A stretch of DNA of 64,000 bases from Eledone cirrhosa (GCA_964016885.1 CAXHJY010000264.1:1-64000); one strand, 5' to 3'; shown: positions 1 to 16,752, counted from the stretch's first letter. Translations and numbers: made by a program. Notes: generated by a model not told the origin, from the letters alone.

Positions 1-6335
<6,335 letters not shown>

Positions 6336-6837
6336 TAATACAATAACAGAGATAGTTTAAAGCTAATCTCTGACTGGTAACCATCTCACTCAACAAACAT
6401 TAGGTTATATTTTAATATAAACCCAATTTAAGTGTTTGGGGTGCTAACATATGTATTATGTGGAAAAGCCAGTTGTATTATTTTACGAGATATAATTAAA
6501 GTTAAAATATATATCTCTTTCCAAACAATTGTTTCATTATAAGTTTTCTACAAATTCAGAGAATATTTCCAGTTTATGTAGAAGCCTAATATACATTCAT
6601 GTAAGAATATATTTAGGTGGGCGCTTATAAATCATCAGTGGAAGCCCAATAAACTTTGATATAAGAAAAACATTTCTTACCACAGTTAAAAATCGTGTCC
6701 GTTAATTTGCTCCTTCCTGCATCGAATGACCAGAAAATCTGAAATTCCAGCAGTTTTTGACTGAGGAAGTATTATAGCGTCACTAAGCGGGAAGGGGAGA
6801 CAACCACGATCCACGAAAGGAGGAAAAAAAATAATAT

Positions 6838-7187
6838 ACACGCGGGTTAATCAGTTTTTTCGAAAACATTATCAATCCAACGTGTTAAGAACTCAATTGA
6901 AATTAAAAAAATAAATATATGCGTGTATAAATTACACACGCATATAGATATTTTCTTAGGCTAAAAACAGAGGTTGTACCTGAATAAGAAACCGCATCTC
7001 GTAACCGTAGTAAATACGGAAAGTTATGCTTTAAAGGGCAAATGGGAATGTAAATCTCCAGCCGAATTAAGAGTAAAATATAAAACACACGCGGGTTAAT
7101 TAGTTATTTCATAACTAATATCAATTCCTCCTGTAAAGAACTCAATTAATTTAAAAAAATAAATGTATGCATGTAATTATATACATA

Positions 7188-7243
<56 letters not shown>

Positions 7244-7263
7244 TATTTTCTTAGGCTAAATAC
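6838..7263. repeat. Diverged tandem duplication, period ~249 bp
   Basis: ACACGCGGGTTAAT...AAGAACTCAATT...AAAAAAATAAAT...TATTTTCTTAGGCTAAA occurs from 6838 and again from 7087. The second copy has a (TA)n expansion at 7191-7240. Confidence 0.8.
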
Positions 7264-7317
7264 ATATATATATATATATATATATATACATATTTATATA
7301 TATATATATATATATAT

Positions 7318-7909
7318 GGTGGCTGCCAACTCGTTTTCGAGTATGGCCACTACTTTATATCCATGTAGGAGACCCCTACCGATGAGCTGAACGAGTGTGG
7401 CTTTTCAGTCCAGCCAGCGACTTGAAAACTCTGGTACAAACACTACACTTGTGACAATTATTGACACATAGTGCTGGGCCCATGGTACCATGTGACGACA
7501 AGTGCAGAGAGATCTCCAGATGTGCCGTGAAGCTTTTATAGTGAGCAAAGGCACTGCACAAAGCCAGTCCCACTCTCTTAACCAAGATGATATTTACCAA
7601 AAAGAAGAACAAGTCAACATCATTGGATACCATCAGGGTTGCAGGTGTTATATCAGAGTTTCCTTCTCCTAGAATTCTGCCTTGACAAAGGCTAAGGGGT
7701 CACCTCTCCCAGTGATTTTGGATGGCCATTGACTCTTAAGAGCTCCTTTGCCCTTTGACAGGTTTTGTTTTTAGTCCTGCAGGATGTCCAAAGTCACCCT
7801 CCTCACCAAGAAACCTTGGTGGGTTTGCCAGTTTAGTCGCCAACGACCCGACCATGAGACAGGTTGTACTGGGATACATGTTACCAGTTGCACCAACTGG
7901 TGACCTGAC
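7318..7909 (-). mobile_element. Non-autonomous bipartite RTE-clade element (5' UTR joined to the C-terminal C2H2 finger and 3' UTR), flanked by (TA)n
   Basis: The minus strand starts with a structured region containing CTAGGAGAAGGAAACTCTGA, a motif recalled from RTE 5' UTRs. It ends with [25 protein letters not shown] and the 3' UTR GCCATACTCGAAAACGAGTTGGCAGCC, which resembles the 3' UTR of the RTE remnant at 10540-11170. No EN or RT sequence lies between. Confidence 0.65.
7828..7909 (-). ncRNA. Candidate degenerate HDV-like ribozyme at the element 5' end
   Basis: P2-like CCAGU/ACUGG, J4/2-like CUAA, P4-like UCG-UUGG-CGA after GGG, and an 8-bp hairpin ACCAGUUG/CAACUGGU. P1 and P3 pairings are imperfect. 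Confidence 0.3.
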
Positions 7910-8229
7910 ATATATATATATATATACATATATATATACATATATATATATACATGTATATATATATACATATATATAGTAATAATAATATATTTGAAGA
8001 CTAAAATCCAAAGAGGGCTCGATAAAGATAAATATATATCAAATATATAAGAACCGTAGAGCAAATATTTATTAAAATAAAAGATTAAAGTTTAAGCAAA
8101 GAATCGCTGCTTTCACCCTTAACGGGATCTTCTGAAACTAACAAAGTCAATCTGTAAACGCAGAAGTGTATATTTAAAAAAACGTTGCAACCGGAGGAAG
8201 ACAGGAAGACGATACTTTGGTTCGTGGAA

Positions 8230-8505
8230 ACGTTCCCTGGTAAAGAAGGGGAAAAAATGAATATAATACGTCATTAAAGGGAGCGGTGGAAAACAATTAC
8301 GCGTAAAAACAGAACCACGTTTATGGTATAAACGAGGTCGTAGACTAATGATCTCTTAGGTGGTGCATAGAGACGTTCTCTGGCAATGAACGGAAAAAAT
8401 GAAGATAATACGTCATATGTGGAGCGTGGAGAACAATAGCACGCAAAGACAAAACCACGTAAATGGTATAGCAGAAGTCGTAGACTAAAATTCTAACTAG
8501 GAGAC
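8230..8505. repeat. Diverged tandem duplication, period ~143 bp
   Basis: ACGTTC(C/T)CTGG...GGAAAAAATGAA.ATAATACGTCAT...AACCACGT..ATGGTATA...GTCGTAGACTAA occurs at 8230 and 8373. Confidence 0.85.
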
Positions 8506-8659
8506 CGAATGAATCTCCGCTTCAGAGTTAAGAACACGCATAGACACACACACATATTTATATGTGCGTGGTTTTGTATACCTATGGTAAGTGTTTTTGC
8601 GTATGCTTGTGTATGTACGTATTTGTATGCGTGTATGTATTTATGTATTTATTTACTTT

Positions 8660-8894
8660 GTTTCCAGCGACCACACTGGTCTTCGGTCTCGTCAGCAGTC
8701 AAGGTGACGTCATGCCACCTCACTTCTTCCTTGAGGGCCTCAAGCTGAACACCGATGGCTACATCCGTTTTCTGAGCGAGGTAGTAAAGTTCTGGATCGA
8801 CCAGGTAGCTGCAGGTAGGCCGTACGTGTGGCAGCAAGACTCAGAACCCTGCCATACCAGCCGAAAGACCCAAGCCTGGCTGTCAGAGAACTTC
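8660..8894 (+). pseudogene. Tc1/mariner superfamily transposase fragment (around the second catalytic Asp)
   Basis: FPATTLVFGLVSSQGDVMPPHFFLEGLKLNTDGY...GRPYVWQQDSEPCHTSRKTQAWLSENF matches the WQQDxAPxH motif. It is truncated on both sides, with no TIRs seen. Confidence 0.9.
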
Positions 8895-9229
8895 GTCGGG
8901 ATTTGAACTCAGACTGTAAAGGGACATAACTATGCTAAAGAGTATTAAATAATTGTTTCTATTTTAGGCACAAGGCCAGCAATTACACAGTACATTACTG
9001 GTACTTTATTTTATCGACCCCGTAAGGATGAAAGGCAAAGTTAACCTCGGCCGGATTTGAACTCACATCGTAAAGGGACGTAACTATGCTGAAATAATTG
9101 TTTCTACTTTAGGCACAAGGCCAGCAATTACCCAGTGCATTACTGGTACTTTATTTTATCGACCCCGTAAGGATGAAAGGCAAAGTCAACCTCGGCGGGA
9201 TTTGAACTCAGATCGTAAAGGGACGTAAT
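8895..9229 (-). mobile_element. Tandem headless tRNA-derived SINE bodies (Nin/Deu-type domain), ~2.3 copies at ~145-bp period
   Basis: The reverse complement carries B-box GAGTTCAAATCC, GCCTTTCATCCTTACGGGGTCGATAAAATAAAGTACCAGT and tail GGCCTTGTGCCTAAA.TAGAAACAATTAT. Same family as 11459 and 63124. Confidence 0.85.
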
Positions 9230-9349
9230 GAGAGATAGATAGCATGCAAAGATTGGTTTAATCCCAGGTTAATTGCAATCATGTAACCAGCTGTTTCCAT
9301 TTAAAAAAATACTTTCTTCATGGAAACACCAACCTCGATATATATATAT

Positions 9350-10393
9350 AGATTTTACATGTGGCCGGTGTTCTGGTGCAATAAGTAGCAGCAAGTGCCC
9401 ACAAGATACTAGCTCTTTCATTTGCGCAGAGGGTTCTATAGAAATAGTGGACAGCTTCCGTTACCTGGGCGTTAAAATCAGCAGTGGGGGAGCGTGCTCT
9501 GAAAGTACAGTAGCTAGAGTCAGAACTGGTTGGAAAAAGTTTAGAGAGCTTATACCACTATTAGCCGCTAAAGGGTTCTCCCTAAAAATGAAAGGCAGGT
9601 TGTACGATGCCTGCATACGAACAGCAATGTTGCATGGCAGTGAGACCTGGGCATTGTGTGCAGAGGATATACGCAGACTAGAGAGGAACGAAGCTTGCAT
9701 GCTCCGCTGGATGTGTAACAGTAATATACGTGAACGGCAAAGCATAAACGAACTAAGGAAAAAATTAGAGATAAGAGGGATCAGATGTTGTTTACTCGAG
9801 AGAAGGTTACGTTGGTATGGACACGTGATGCGCATGAAAGTCGATAGCTGTATAACAAAGTGGAGGGCAATAAAGATAGACGGTAGCCACGGAATAGGCA
9901 GACCTAGAAAAACCTGGGACGAGCTGATAAACTCCGACCTCACACACTTACACCTCTCCAAGACAATGTCACTGGACCGAGACCTTTGGCGGTACTCAGT
10001 AACAGAGAAGACCCGCCTTGCCAGTAGGCATCTCTAACAAAATACACCCCGTCCCGCCACCACCCCCACCCCATCCACACCACCCCGTTCTATGTAAAGT
10101 TATGTTGGTGCCGCGCCATCCAGGCCGAAACAAATGAGATCGTGTAGGTGTCACGACAAAAAAACACACAGTCCACGCTGTAATGTGGCCGTGTAGGCAA
10201 CACGGTAAAAACCTCCCAGACCCACACTGTAAATGTGGTTGGTGTTAGGAAGGGCATCCAACTGTAGAAAACCTGCCAGACAGTCCTATGCGAGCAAGAC
10301 AATCACTCTTGCCTCAAGTGGGACTACCCCCGTCCAAACCCATGCAAGCGTGGAACACGGACGTTAAACGTTGATGATGATGATGATGATGAT
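9350..10393 (+). mobile_element. 5'-truncated RTE-clade LINE (ORF C-terminus to 10037, composite 3' UTR, (GAT)n tail)
   Basis: IEIVDSFRYLG, KGRLYDACIRTAMLHGSETW, RRLRWYGHVMR, GRPRKTW, DRDLWR; tail AACCCATGCAAGCGTGGAACACGGACGTTAAACG followed by (GAT)n. Confidence 0.93.
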
Positions 10394-10539
10394 ACACACA
10401 CACACTCACACATATACACATACATGGACATTGTCTACTCTTTACAGAGCTTGACTTCTTGAACCTATAATTGCTCTTTCTTAGCATAAGATCTTAAATT
10501 ACTTTTGAGCCCTGAAACAAAGATCTGACAACAAATACT

Positions 10540-11170
10540 GCTGCAATGTCTCATTTCAGTATTGGCTCTATTTTCCACTTGTTTATTATGTAAAGTGCCA
10601 CTTCAATCCTCCATCTGACTAGCAGATTTTTTGACAAACATAACATTGAAACTGGTCATCCTGAATGAAATTCCAATAATTCATGTGTGCCTTAAGCACA
10701 TGGACATGCTGGTGCAAGCTCAGATTAGAGTGAGATATGTATCCTTTTGTACATAAGGAACATTTAAAGAAAGAAAGAGAATCATTCCCAAAGCTATTGC
10801 TATTAATCTCATTTCTACGAACTTTTCTTTTCATTTCAGCATGCTTAACTCTGCCAAGCTCCACATCTTCACCACTGCTCCAAATCTTAGTTCACCATGC
10901 TTCCCTATCTGCTGTAAGTGATACAAGACTTTTGTATTTTAATTTAAGACATTTTAAATTTGATTTTAAAGAGTCTTTCTATCTTTTCTTTGGCTTACTA
11001 TTTTATCTCTTTCCCAGCATAAGCTCACCATAAAACATTTGATTGGGAATGAACTCATCATCCATACAGATGAGATGGCCTGTCCATCATAGTTGATTCC
11101 TAATAAGCATGACTTAGATTGATGTGATCCTAGCTTTAGTGAGAACCTCAGTGTCAGGGAAAAGGACCAG
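10540..11170 (-). mobile_element. Decayed 3' part of a second RTE subtype with two C-terminal C2H2 zinc fingers
   Basis: Hand translation of the minus strand: PDTEVLTKA...NQL*WTGHLICMDDEFIPNQMFYGELMLGKR...KDSLK...DREAW*...RVKHAEMKRKVRR...CSLCTKGYISHSNLSLHQHVH...CYVCQKIC*SDGGLKWH. Several in-frame stops. Confidence 0.85.
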
Positions 11171-11458
11171 GTTTTCTTTTAATTTAGTGGAAATTTATCT
11201 AAAAAATGTTCCTGATTAATAATTATGGCATTATAATAATTATTTTTAGTGGCAATATTAATTAATAAATAAACAAAAAAAAAATGATATAATTTATTTT
11301 CATTTTTCAAACAAGGAAAAATAAAAAATAAATTAATGACATTATAATTGACAAAGCAGTAAATTTGATTAATACATGAACTGATACATGTAGTGATATA
11401 CAATCAAGAACTTAATGATGTCATCTTTGAAGTATGGTGCCAACTAATCATCATTATT

Positions 11459-11648
11459 CGGTGGATTGGCAGTATCGGTAGAGGGTCGGATGCCATGCTT
11501 TGATGCATAGAGTTACGGCCCTTTCCATTCTGAGTTCAAATCACGCCCAGGTTAATTTGACTTTCATCCTTACGAGGTCGATAAAATAAAGTACCAGTAA
11601 TACACTGGGGTAATTGCTGGCCTTGTGCCAAATGTAGAAACAATTATT
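11459..11648 (+). mobile_element. tRNA-derived SINE (Nin/Deu-type domain)
   Basis: A-box TGGCAGTATCGG, B-box GAGTTCAAATC, CTTTCATCCTTACGAGGTCGATAAAATAAAGTACCAG, tail TAGAAACAATTATT. Confidence 0.9.
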
Positions 11649-12132
11649 TTATGTCTGTGTTTCCTGCTGGTTTCCTGTGTTTCAATGGCTTATTATGATC
11701 TGAGTCAAGATGCTGGATCATGACTTGCTAATATGTTAGTATTTTGGCAAAGTTTCTAAGGCTGGATGCCCTTTACAGAGTATACTTTATGCATCTTAAT
11801 AGAGTGTAGTGAGTGTAATTTATCATGGCTCCACTATTAAAGTTGTCAAGTCTTGAACAAGAGAAAAAAGTTCTCTATTCTATGTTGACTTAATTCATTC
11901 TTCTGGTAAAATGTTAATTCGGATTTTAGGATTTTCACTTACTGAGTGATTCTTATTTTAGCTGACCAATTTCTGTTTGTGTTGGTCACTATTTAGACCT
12001 CCAGTGTCCATTAGAGCACAGACTGCTGTCTTACACCATCTTCTGAGGAAGTAGCTTTGCAAGGTGGAATGGCTGATGTAACAGGCATCATTGGCTGTTC
12101 TCCTTGTCAATGCTTTCACTAGCTTGTATACA

Positions 12133-12287
12133 GGTGTACCGTTGAGATATATTGTCCTACTGTCCACCCAGGGGTACAGTTGAGATATATTGTCTTACTG
12201 TCCACCCAGGGGTACAGTTGAGATATATTGTCCTACTGTCCATCCAGGGGTACATTTGAGATACACTGTCCTACTGTCCATCCAGCA
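12133..12287. repeat. 38-bp minisatellite, ~4 copies
   Basis: Unit GGTACAGTTGAGATATATTGTCCTACTGTCCACCCAGG; TTGAGA occurs at 12142, 12180, 12218 and 12256. Confidence 0.95.
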
Positions 12288-12339
12288 GTGCAGGTTTTGC
12301 CCCATTCCTGCATGTCCTAAATGGCCAGACTGTTCACTC

Positions 12340-12980
12340 AGCAAGGTTACTCCCCTCCCTCACCACACCATGACTCCCATTCCTCTTACATATCAGCCCT
12401 CCAGAGGATCATCCTCCGTCTCTTTCACCACCTCCAATCTGATCACTCCACCATCTTCAACTTCCCACCTTCCCCCCTCCTTCAAGTGTGAACACAACCT
12501 CCTCCAGAATATCCACAGCTCCCTCTCCTCCCCTAACTCCTTCCTTGGGTCCCACTCTTGCTTCCACCACACCACTGCCATACAACTTCTTCACCACCAC
12601 CACCACCCTCACTGGGTTCCACTCTTGTTCCCAACACCACCATCACCCTCACTGGCTCCAACAGCCAATCCTTTAGAGACAGGGACTTTTTCTACTGCGA
12701 CTCCTCCTCTCTTGTCCATTGCAAAGCTGTCTACATTGGACAAACTGGGAGTCAGGGACTAATGGACGGGTTCACTGAGCATCTCTAGGACATCTAGCTC
12801 AACAACCAGTCTCCAGTTGCCCGATATTTCCATTCCACCAGACACTCCAACCATGACTTCACTGTTTTTAGCCTTGTTCGTGCTCCAAATCCCTGAACTC
12901 ACACCTGAGAGCAGCAGAATATTTTTTCTCTCCATACTTGGCATGGGAATGGCCATAACTCCCCACCGTTCTTCCTTTAG
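12340..12980 (+). pseudogene. Decayed Penelope-like element C-terminus (linker plus GIY-YIG endonuclease)
   Basis: Frameshifted pieces PIPLTYQPS, FHHLQSD, FKCEHNLLQNIHSSL, FFYCDSSSLVHC..VYIGQTG..LMDGFTEHL and PVARYFHSTRHSNHDFTVFSL follow the PLE pattern FTCxSxNLIYC..YIGETGR.L.DRF.EHL..PVA.HF..HS. Confidence 0.8.
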
Positions 12981-13627
12981 CCTTTCCCATCACCCCCCCA
13001 ACTCTCACACCAATATATGTGCACTATCACTTCCCCAACACACCCACTCACATGTCCACTTAGACACACTAACACACAAAGATACAAAACAACCCACACC
13101 AACACAACTAATAAATCATACTAACATTTCTAATCATACTAACATTACTAATTAACTAATCATTTATACTAACAGACCACTCTCACACCACATGCACTAC
13201 CCCAACACCCACCCACATACATTAACACACCAACATAATCATAGACAAATACATGTATTATTCCCGATGCTACTAATTAACCAACTAATCACACTAACAC
13301 CTCTAACCAACCTACATTCCTTTACTACCAATATACACACACACAAACAACCACCAACACTGATCTCTCTTCCTGCTCACCACACCATCACCCCATACCA
13401 CTTCTTTGTGTGTCATCCACAGACCCCTTTGGTAACTTCCTGAAATACCCCAGCCTTGACCACTGCAGGGATGCTGCTACAACACACAAAACCAGAATCT
13501 TTATGAAACCCCAAACAGACCAACTACTACATAAAACTCACTAACACACACACATGTGTGTGTGTGTATGTGTGTGTGTTAATATGTGTATATATATGAG
13601 TGTATAAGTATATATATACACACACAC

Positions 13628-13793
13628 ACACTGTAAATATTGGCATTAGGAAGGGCATCCAACCGAAAAAGTCAAGCCAGAAATAGTTCTGTATGAGAAA
13701 GACATAGTCATCTGACCTGGCTTGTCTCACAATAGGACAACTTGTCTAACCCATGCTAGCATAGAAAATGGTTGTTAGACAGTGATGATGATA
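13628..13793 (+). mobile_element. Isolated RTE-related 3' module (GGAAGGGCATCC stem-loop plus RTE tail)
   Basis: CACACTGTAAA..TGGCATTAGGAAGGGCATCCAACC...GTCTAACCCATGCTAGCAT...GATGATGAT, as at 10220-10393 and 18650-18829. Confidence 0.8.
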
Positions 13794-13796
13794 TAT

Positions 13797-15390
13797 AGCA
13801 GTGAGACATGGACCTGGAAAGGCTAGAAAGGAATGTAGTAGGTATACTCCATTGAGTGTGTAATGTCAGCATACATGAACGATGTAGCATAAGTGAGTTG
13901 AGAGGAAAACTTGGCATAAGAGGAATTGGATGTAGTTTGCAGGAGAGAAGACTGCACTGGTAAGGACATGTGATGGGTATGGATGATGACAGCTGTATAA
14001 AGAAATGCAATGTTGCATGGTAGTGAGACATCAACAGTGGACACAGAGGATGTTAGAAGGCTGGAGAGAAATGAAGTAAGTATGCCTCAATGGATGTGCA
14101 GTGTTAGTGTGCATGAACGACAAAGCATAGATGAGCTGAGAAAAAAGCTAGATTTAGGATGAATTAGATGCAGAGTGCAGGAGAGACAACTGTGCTGGTA
14201 TGGATATGTGATGCACTTGGATGATAGTGGAAGTGTGCTACATTTGAGGAAACTAAAGGAAAAACTAGACGGAGGTTGTGAGCTGATCTTAAATCACTGA
14301 AGCTCACAGTGGAGATGTCAAAGGACTGTGATGCGTGGAGGGATGCTGAACAGTGGAGATGTCAAAGGACTGTGATGCGTGGAGGGATGCTGAACAGTGG
14401 AGATGTCAAAGGACTGTGATGCGTGGAGGGATGCTGAACAGTGGAGATGTAAAAGGACTGTGATGTGTGGAGGGATGCTGAACAGTGGAGATGTAAAAGG
14501 ACTGTGATGTGTGGAGGGATGCTGAACAGTGGAGATGTAAAAGGACTGTGATGTGTGGAGGGATGCTGAACAGTGGAGATGTAAAAGGACTGTGATGTGT
14601 GGAGGGATGCTGAACAGTGGAGATGTAAAAGGACTGTGATGTGTGGAGGGATGCTGAACAGTGGAGATGTAAAAGGACTGTGATGTGTGGAGGGATGCTG
14701 AACAGTGGAGATGTCAAAGGACTGTGATGCGTGGAGGGATGCTGAACAGTGGAGATGTAAAAGGACTGTGATGTGTGGAGGGATGCTGAACAGTGGAGAT
14801 GTCAAAGGACTGTGATGTGTGGAGGGATGCTGAACAGTGGAGATGTAAAAGGACTGTGATGTGTGGAGGGATGCTGAACAGTGGAGATGTAAAAGGACTG
14901 TGATGTGTGGAGGGATGCTGAACAGTGGAGATGTAAAAGGACTGTGATGTGTGGAGGGATGCTGAACAGTGGAGATGTAAAAGGACTGTGATGTGTGGAG
15001 GGATGCTGAACAGTGGAGATGTCAAAGGACTGTGATGTGTGGAGGGATGCTGAACAGTGGAGATGTAAAAGGACTGTGATGTGTGGAGGGATGCTGAACA
15101 GTGGAGATGTCAAAGGATTGTGATGTGTGGAGGGATGCTGAACAGTGGAGATGTAAAAGGACTGTGATGCGTGGAGGGATGCTGAACAGTGGAGATGTCA
15201 AAGGACTGTGATGTGTGGAGGGATGCTGAACAGTGGAGATGTCAAAGGACTGTGATGTGTGGAGGGATGCTGAACAGTGGAGATGTCAAAGGACTGTGAT
15301 GTGTGGAGGGATGCTGAGCAGGAGAGAACCGATCCAGCACATTCAAACATGGAAAAGCGAACGTAAAACGATGACGATGAGGATGGTGGT
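13797..15390 (+). mobile_element. Two decayed RTE C-terminal fragments; the second is split by the 44-bp minisatellite and ends in its own tail (15318-15390)
   Basis: The SETW...LERNE...RRLxWYGHVM region occurs twice (13797 and ~14007). After the array, CATGGAAAAGCGAACGTAAAACGATGACGATGAGGAT matches the RTE tail. Confidence 0.85.
14306..15317. repeat. 44-bp minisatellite, 23 near-identical copies
   Basis: Unit ACAGTGGAGATGT(C/A)AAAGGACTGTGATG(C/T)GTGGAGGGATGCTGA; first copy at 14306, last at 15274 (22 x 44 bp later). Confidence 0.98.
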
Positions 15391-15414
15391 GTATGTGTAT
15401 ATGTGATTGTCTCA

Positions 15415-15747
15415 TAATGTAATGGTTTGACAAAAGTGATTTATAAAATATGTATTAAACTTGAAAACAGTATATATTGGTGATCAACTGAATACATTAA
15501 AAGCATTGCCCCAGCATGGCCAGTCAAATGATTGAAATCTATACAAGAATATATATATATATATATGTTTGTGTGTGTATATAGTTATGTCCTATAACTT
15601 AGCAGTTTGACAAAAAAGAGATCAATAAAAAAAATTAGTACCAGATTTGATTAAGTACTGAGGTTGATGTGATTGACTAAATCTTTTGAAGGAAATGCAC
15701 CAGCATGGCCACTGACTCATGGCAGAGACTGGTAAAAGAGTAAAGAT
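15415..15747 (+). mobile_element. Two decayed SINE 3' halves separated by a TA/TG microsatellite
   Basis: GTTTGACAAAA...CCAGCATGGCCA occurs twice (~15425-15550 and ~15590-15747) and resembles octopus SINE tails as recalled. Confidence 0.55.
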
Positions 15748-15767
15748 TATGAAAGCAAGTCAAATAT

Positions 15768-16194
15768 AGGGTAAAGATCCCATTTGGTCATGAATGACCA
15801 TGCGATTAGCAACTAGAAAATTTCCCTCCAAGGAAGAAGCCCAGGCAAGGTTGTTTGTAAAAGATCAGCAGTCACGCATGCATACCAGTCACTCATGCAT
15901 ACCAGTCTCTCCTCGCCACATCATCAAAGTTTTCCAAAGGAAGGGGCAACAGCTAATGCAGTTTGGCACCAGTGACATCACAATATATACACAGTATGTT
16001 GTCCAAGGGAAAGGCAATGGCTGATACAATTTAGCATCAGTGATGTCGCAACTCATTTCTACAGTTGAGTAGACTGAAGAAACATGAACTAAAGTGTCTT
16101 ACTCAAGGACACAATGCATCACCCAGTCTGAGAATCGAACTCACAACCTTACAATTATAAGCCCAATGCTCTAACCACTAAGCCATGTGCCTCC
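15768..16194 (-). mobile_element. tRNA-derived CORE-type SINE
   Basis: Minus strand: GGAGGCACATGGCTTAGTGGTTAGAGC (A-box), GAGTTCGATTC (B-box), TTGTGTCCTTGAGTAAGACACTTTA...CTGTAGAAATGAG (CORE-like). The head is shared with the SINE ending at 58554. Confidence 0.85.
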
Positions 16195-16532
16195 ACAAGT
16201 CAAGTATAAAATGTTATGGAAACAGACAATTCTTGACATAGAAATGGTGATACTAAAAGATTTACTAATTCCAACTTGAGTTTCTTGATTCATTTTCAGA
16301 GCCAGTCAATGTATATTATCAATTTAGTGTCATGTCTTCTGCTATTGCTGCTATTTTAATCTGGCTAAAGTTTCTTCCAGATACTTAAGTCCTGACAGAC
16401 ATCAAAACTCCTATAACAGCTCTCTCTGCCCCCCGTCTCTCTCTCTCTATGGTGTGTGTGGAATCAGAAGATTGTAAAGATCATTCTGCTAGAATATTTT
16501 CACGTTTTGTTTTATTATATATATACATACAT

Positions 16533-16563
<31 letters not shown>

Positions 16564-16582
16564 GAGAGAGAGGGAGAGAGAG

Positions 16583-16618
<36 letters not shown>

Positions 16619-16715
16619 CCACACACATACACATTATATTCTAATGTTCACTTTTCTGTGCTAGCATAGGTTGGACATATATTTCAATATATCCACACAC
16701 ACACACGCGTAAATG

Positions 16716-16749
<34 letters not shown>

Positions 16750-16752
16750 GAT

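Noticed and set aside
8100-8150. Minimal hammerhead-like motif on the minus strand (CAGAAGA-UCCC GUUAA GGGU-GAAA)
   Set aside because: The core has CAGA instead of CUGA and stems I and III do not pair. At best a dead Penelope-type remnant; not supportable here.
8645-8900. Host exon suggested by TTTACTTTGTTTCCAG (acceptor-like) before an open frame
   Set aside because: The frame is a transposase fragment with no partner exons visible; exonisation cannot be supported without RNA data.
10619-10864. Host C2H2 zinc-finger gene (also 7376-7633)
   Set aside because: The fingers are collinear with the RTE C-terminal domain and/or its 3' UTR, and the 10619 copy is interrupted by stops. They are retroelement-derived.
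11459-11550. tRNA genes at the A/B-box sites (also 16120-16194, 58480-58554, 63124-63212)
   Set aside because: No cloverleaf; they continue into SINE body and tail, so they are SINE heads.
11950-12120. Possible LINE endonuclease remnant on the minus strand
   Set aside because: Only a faint SD..KLV..KIRI resemblance; too weak to call.
14362-15113. Repetitive ORFs MTSPLFSIPPH...
   Set aside because: Antisense translations of the 44-bp minisatellite.
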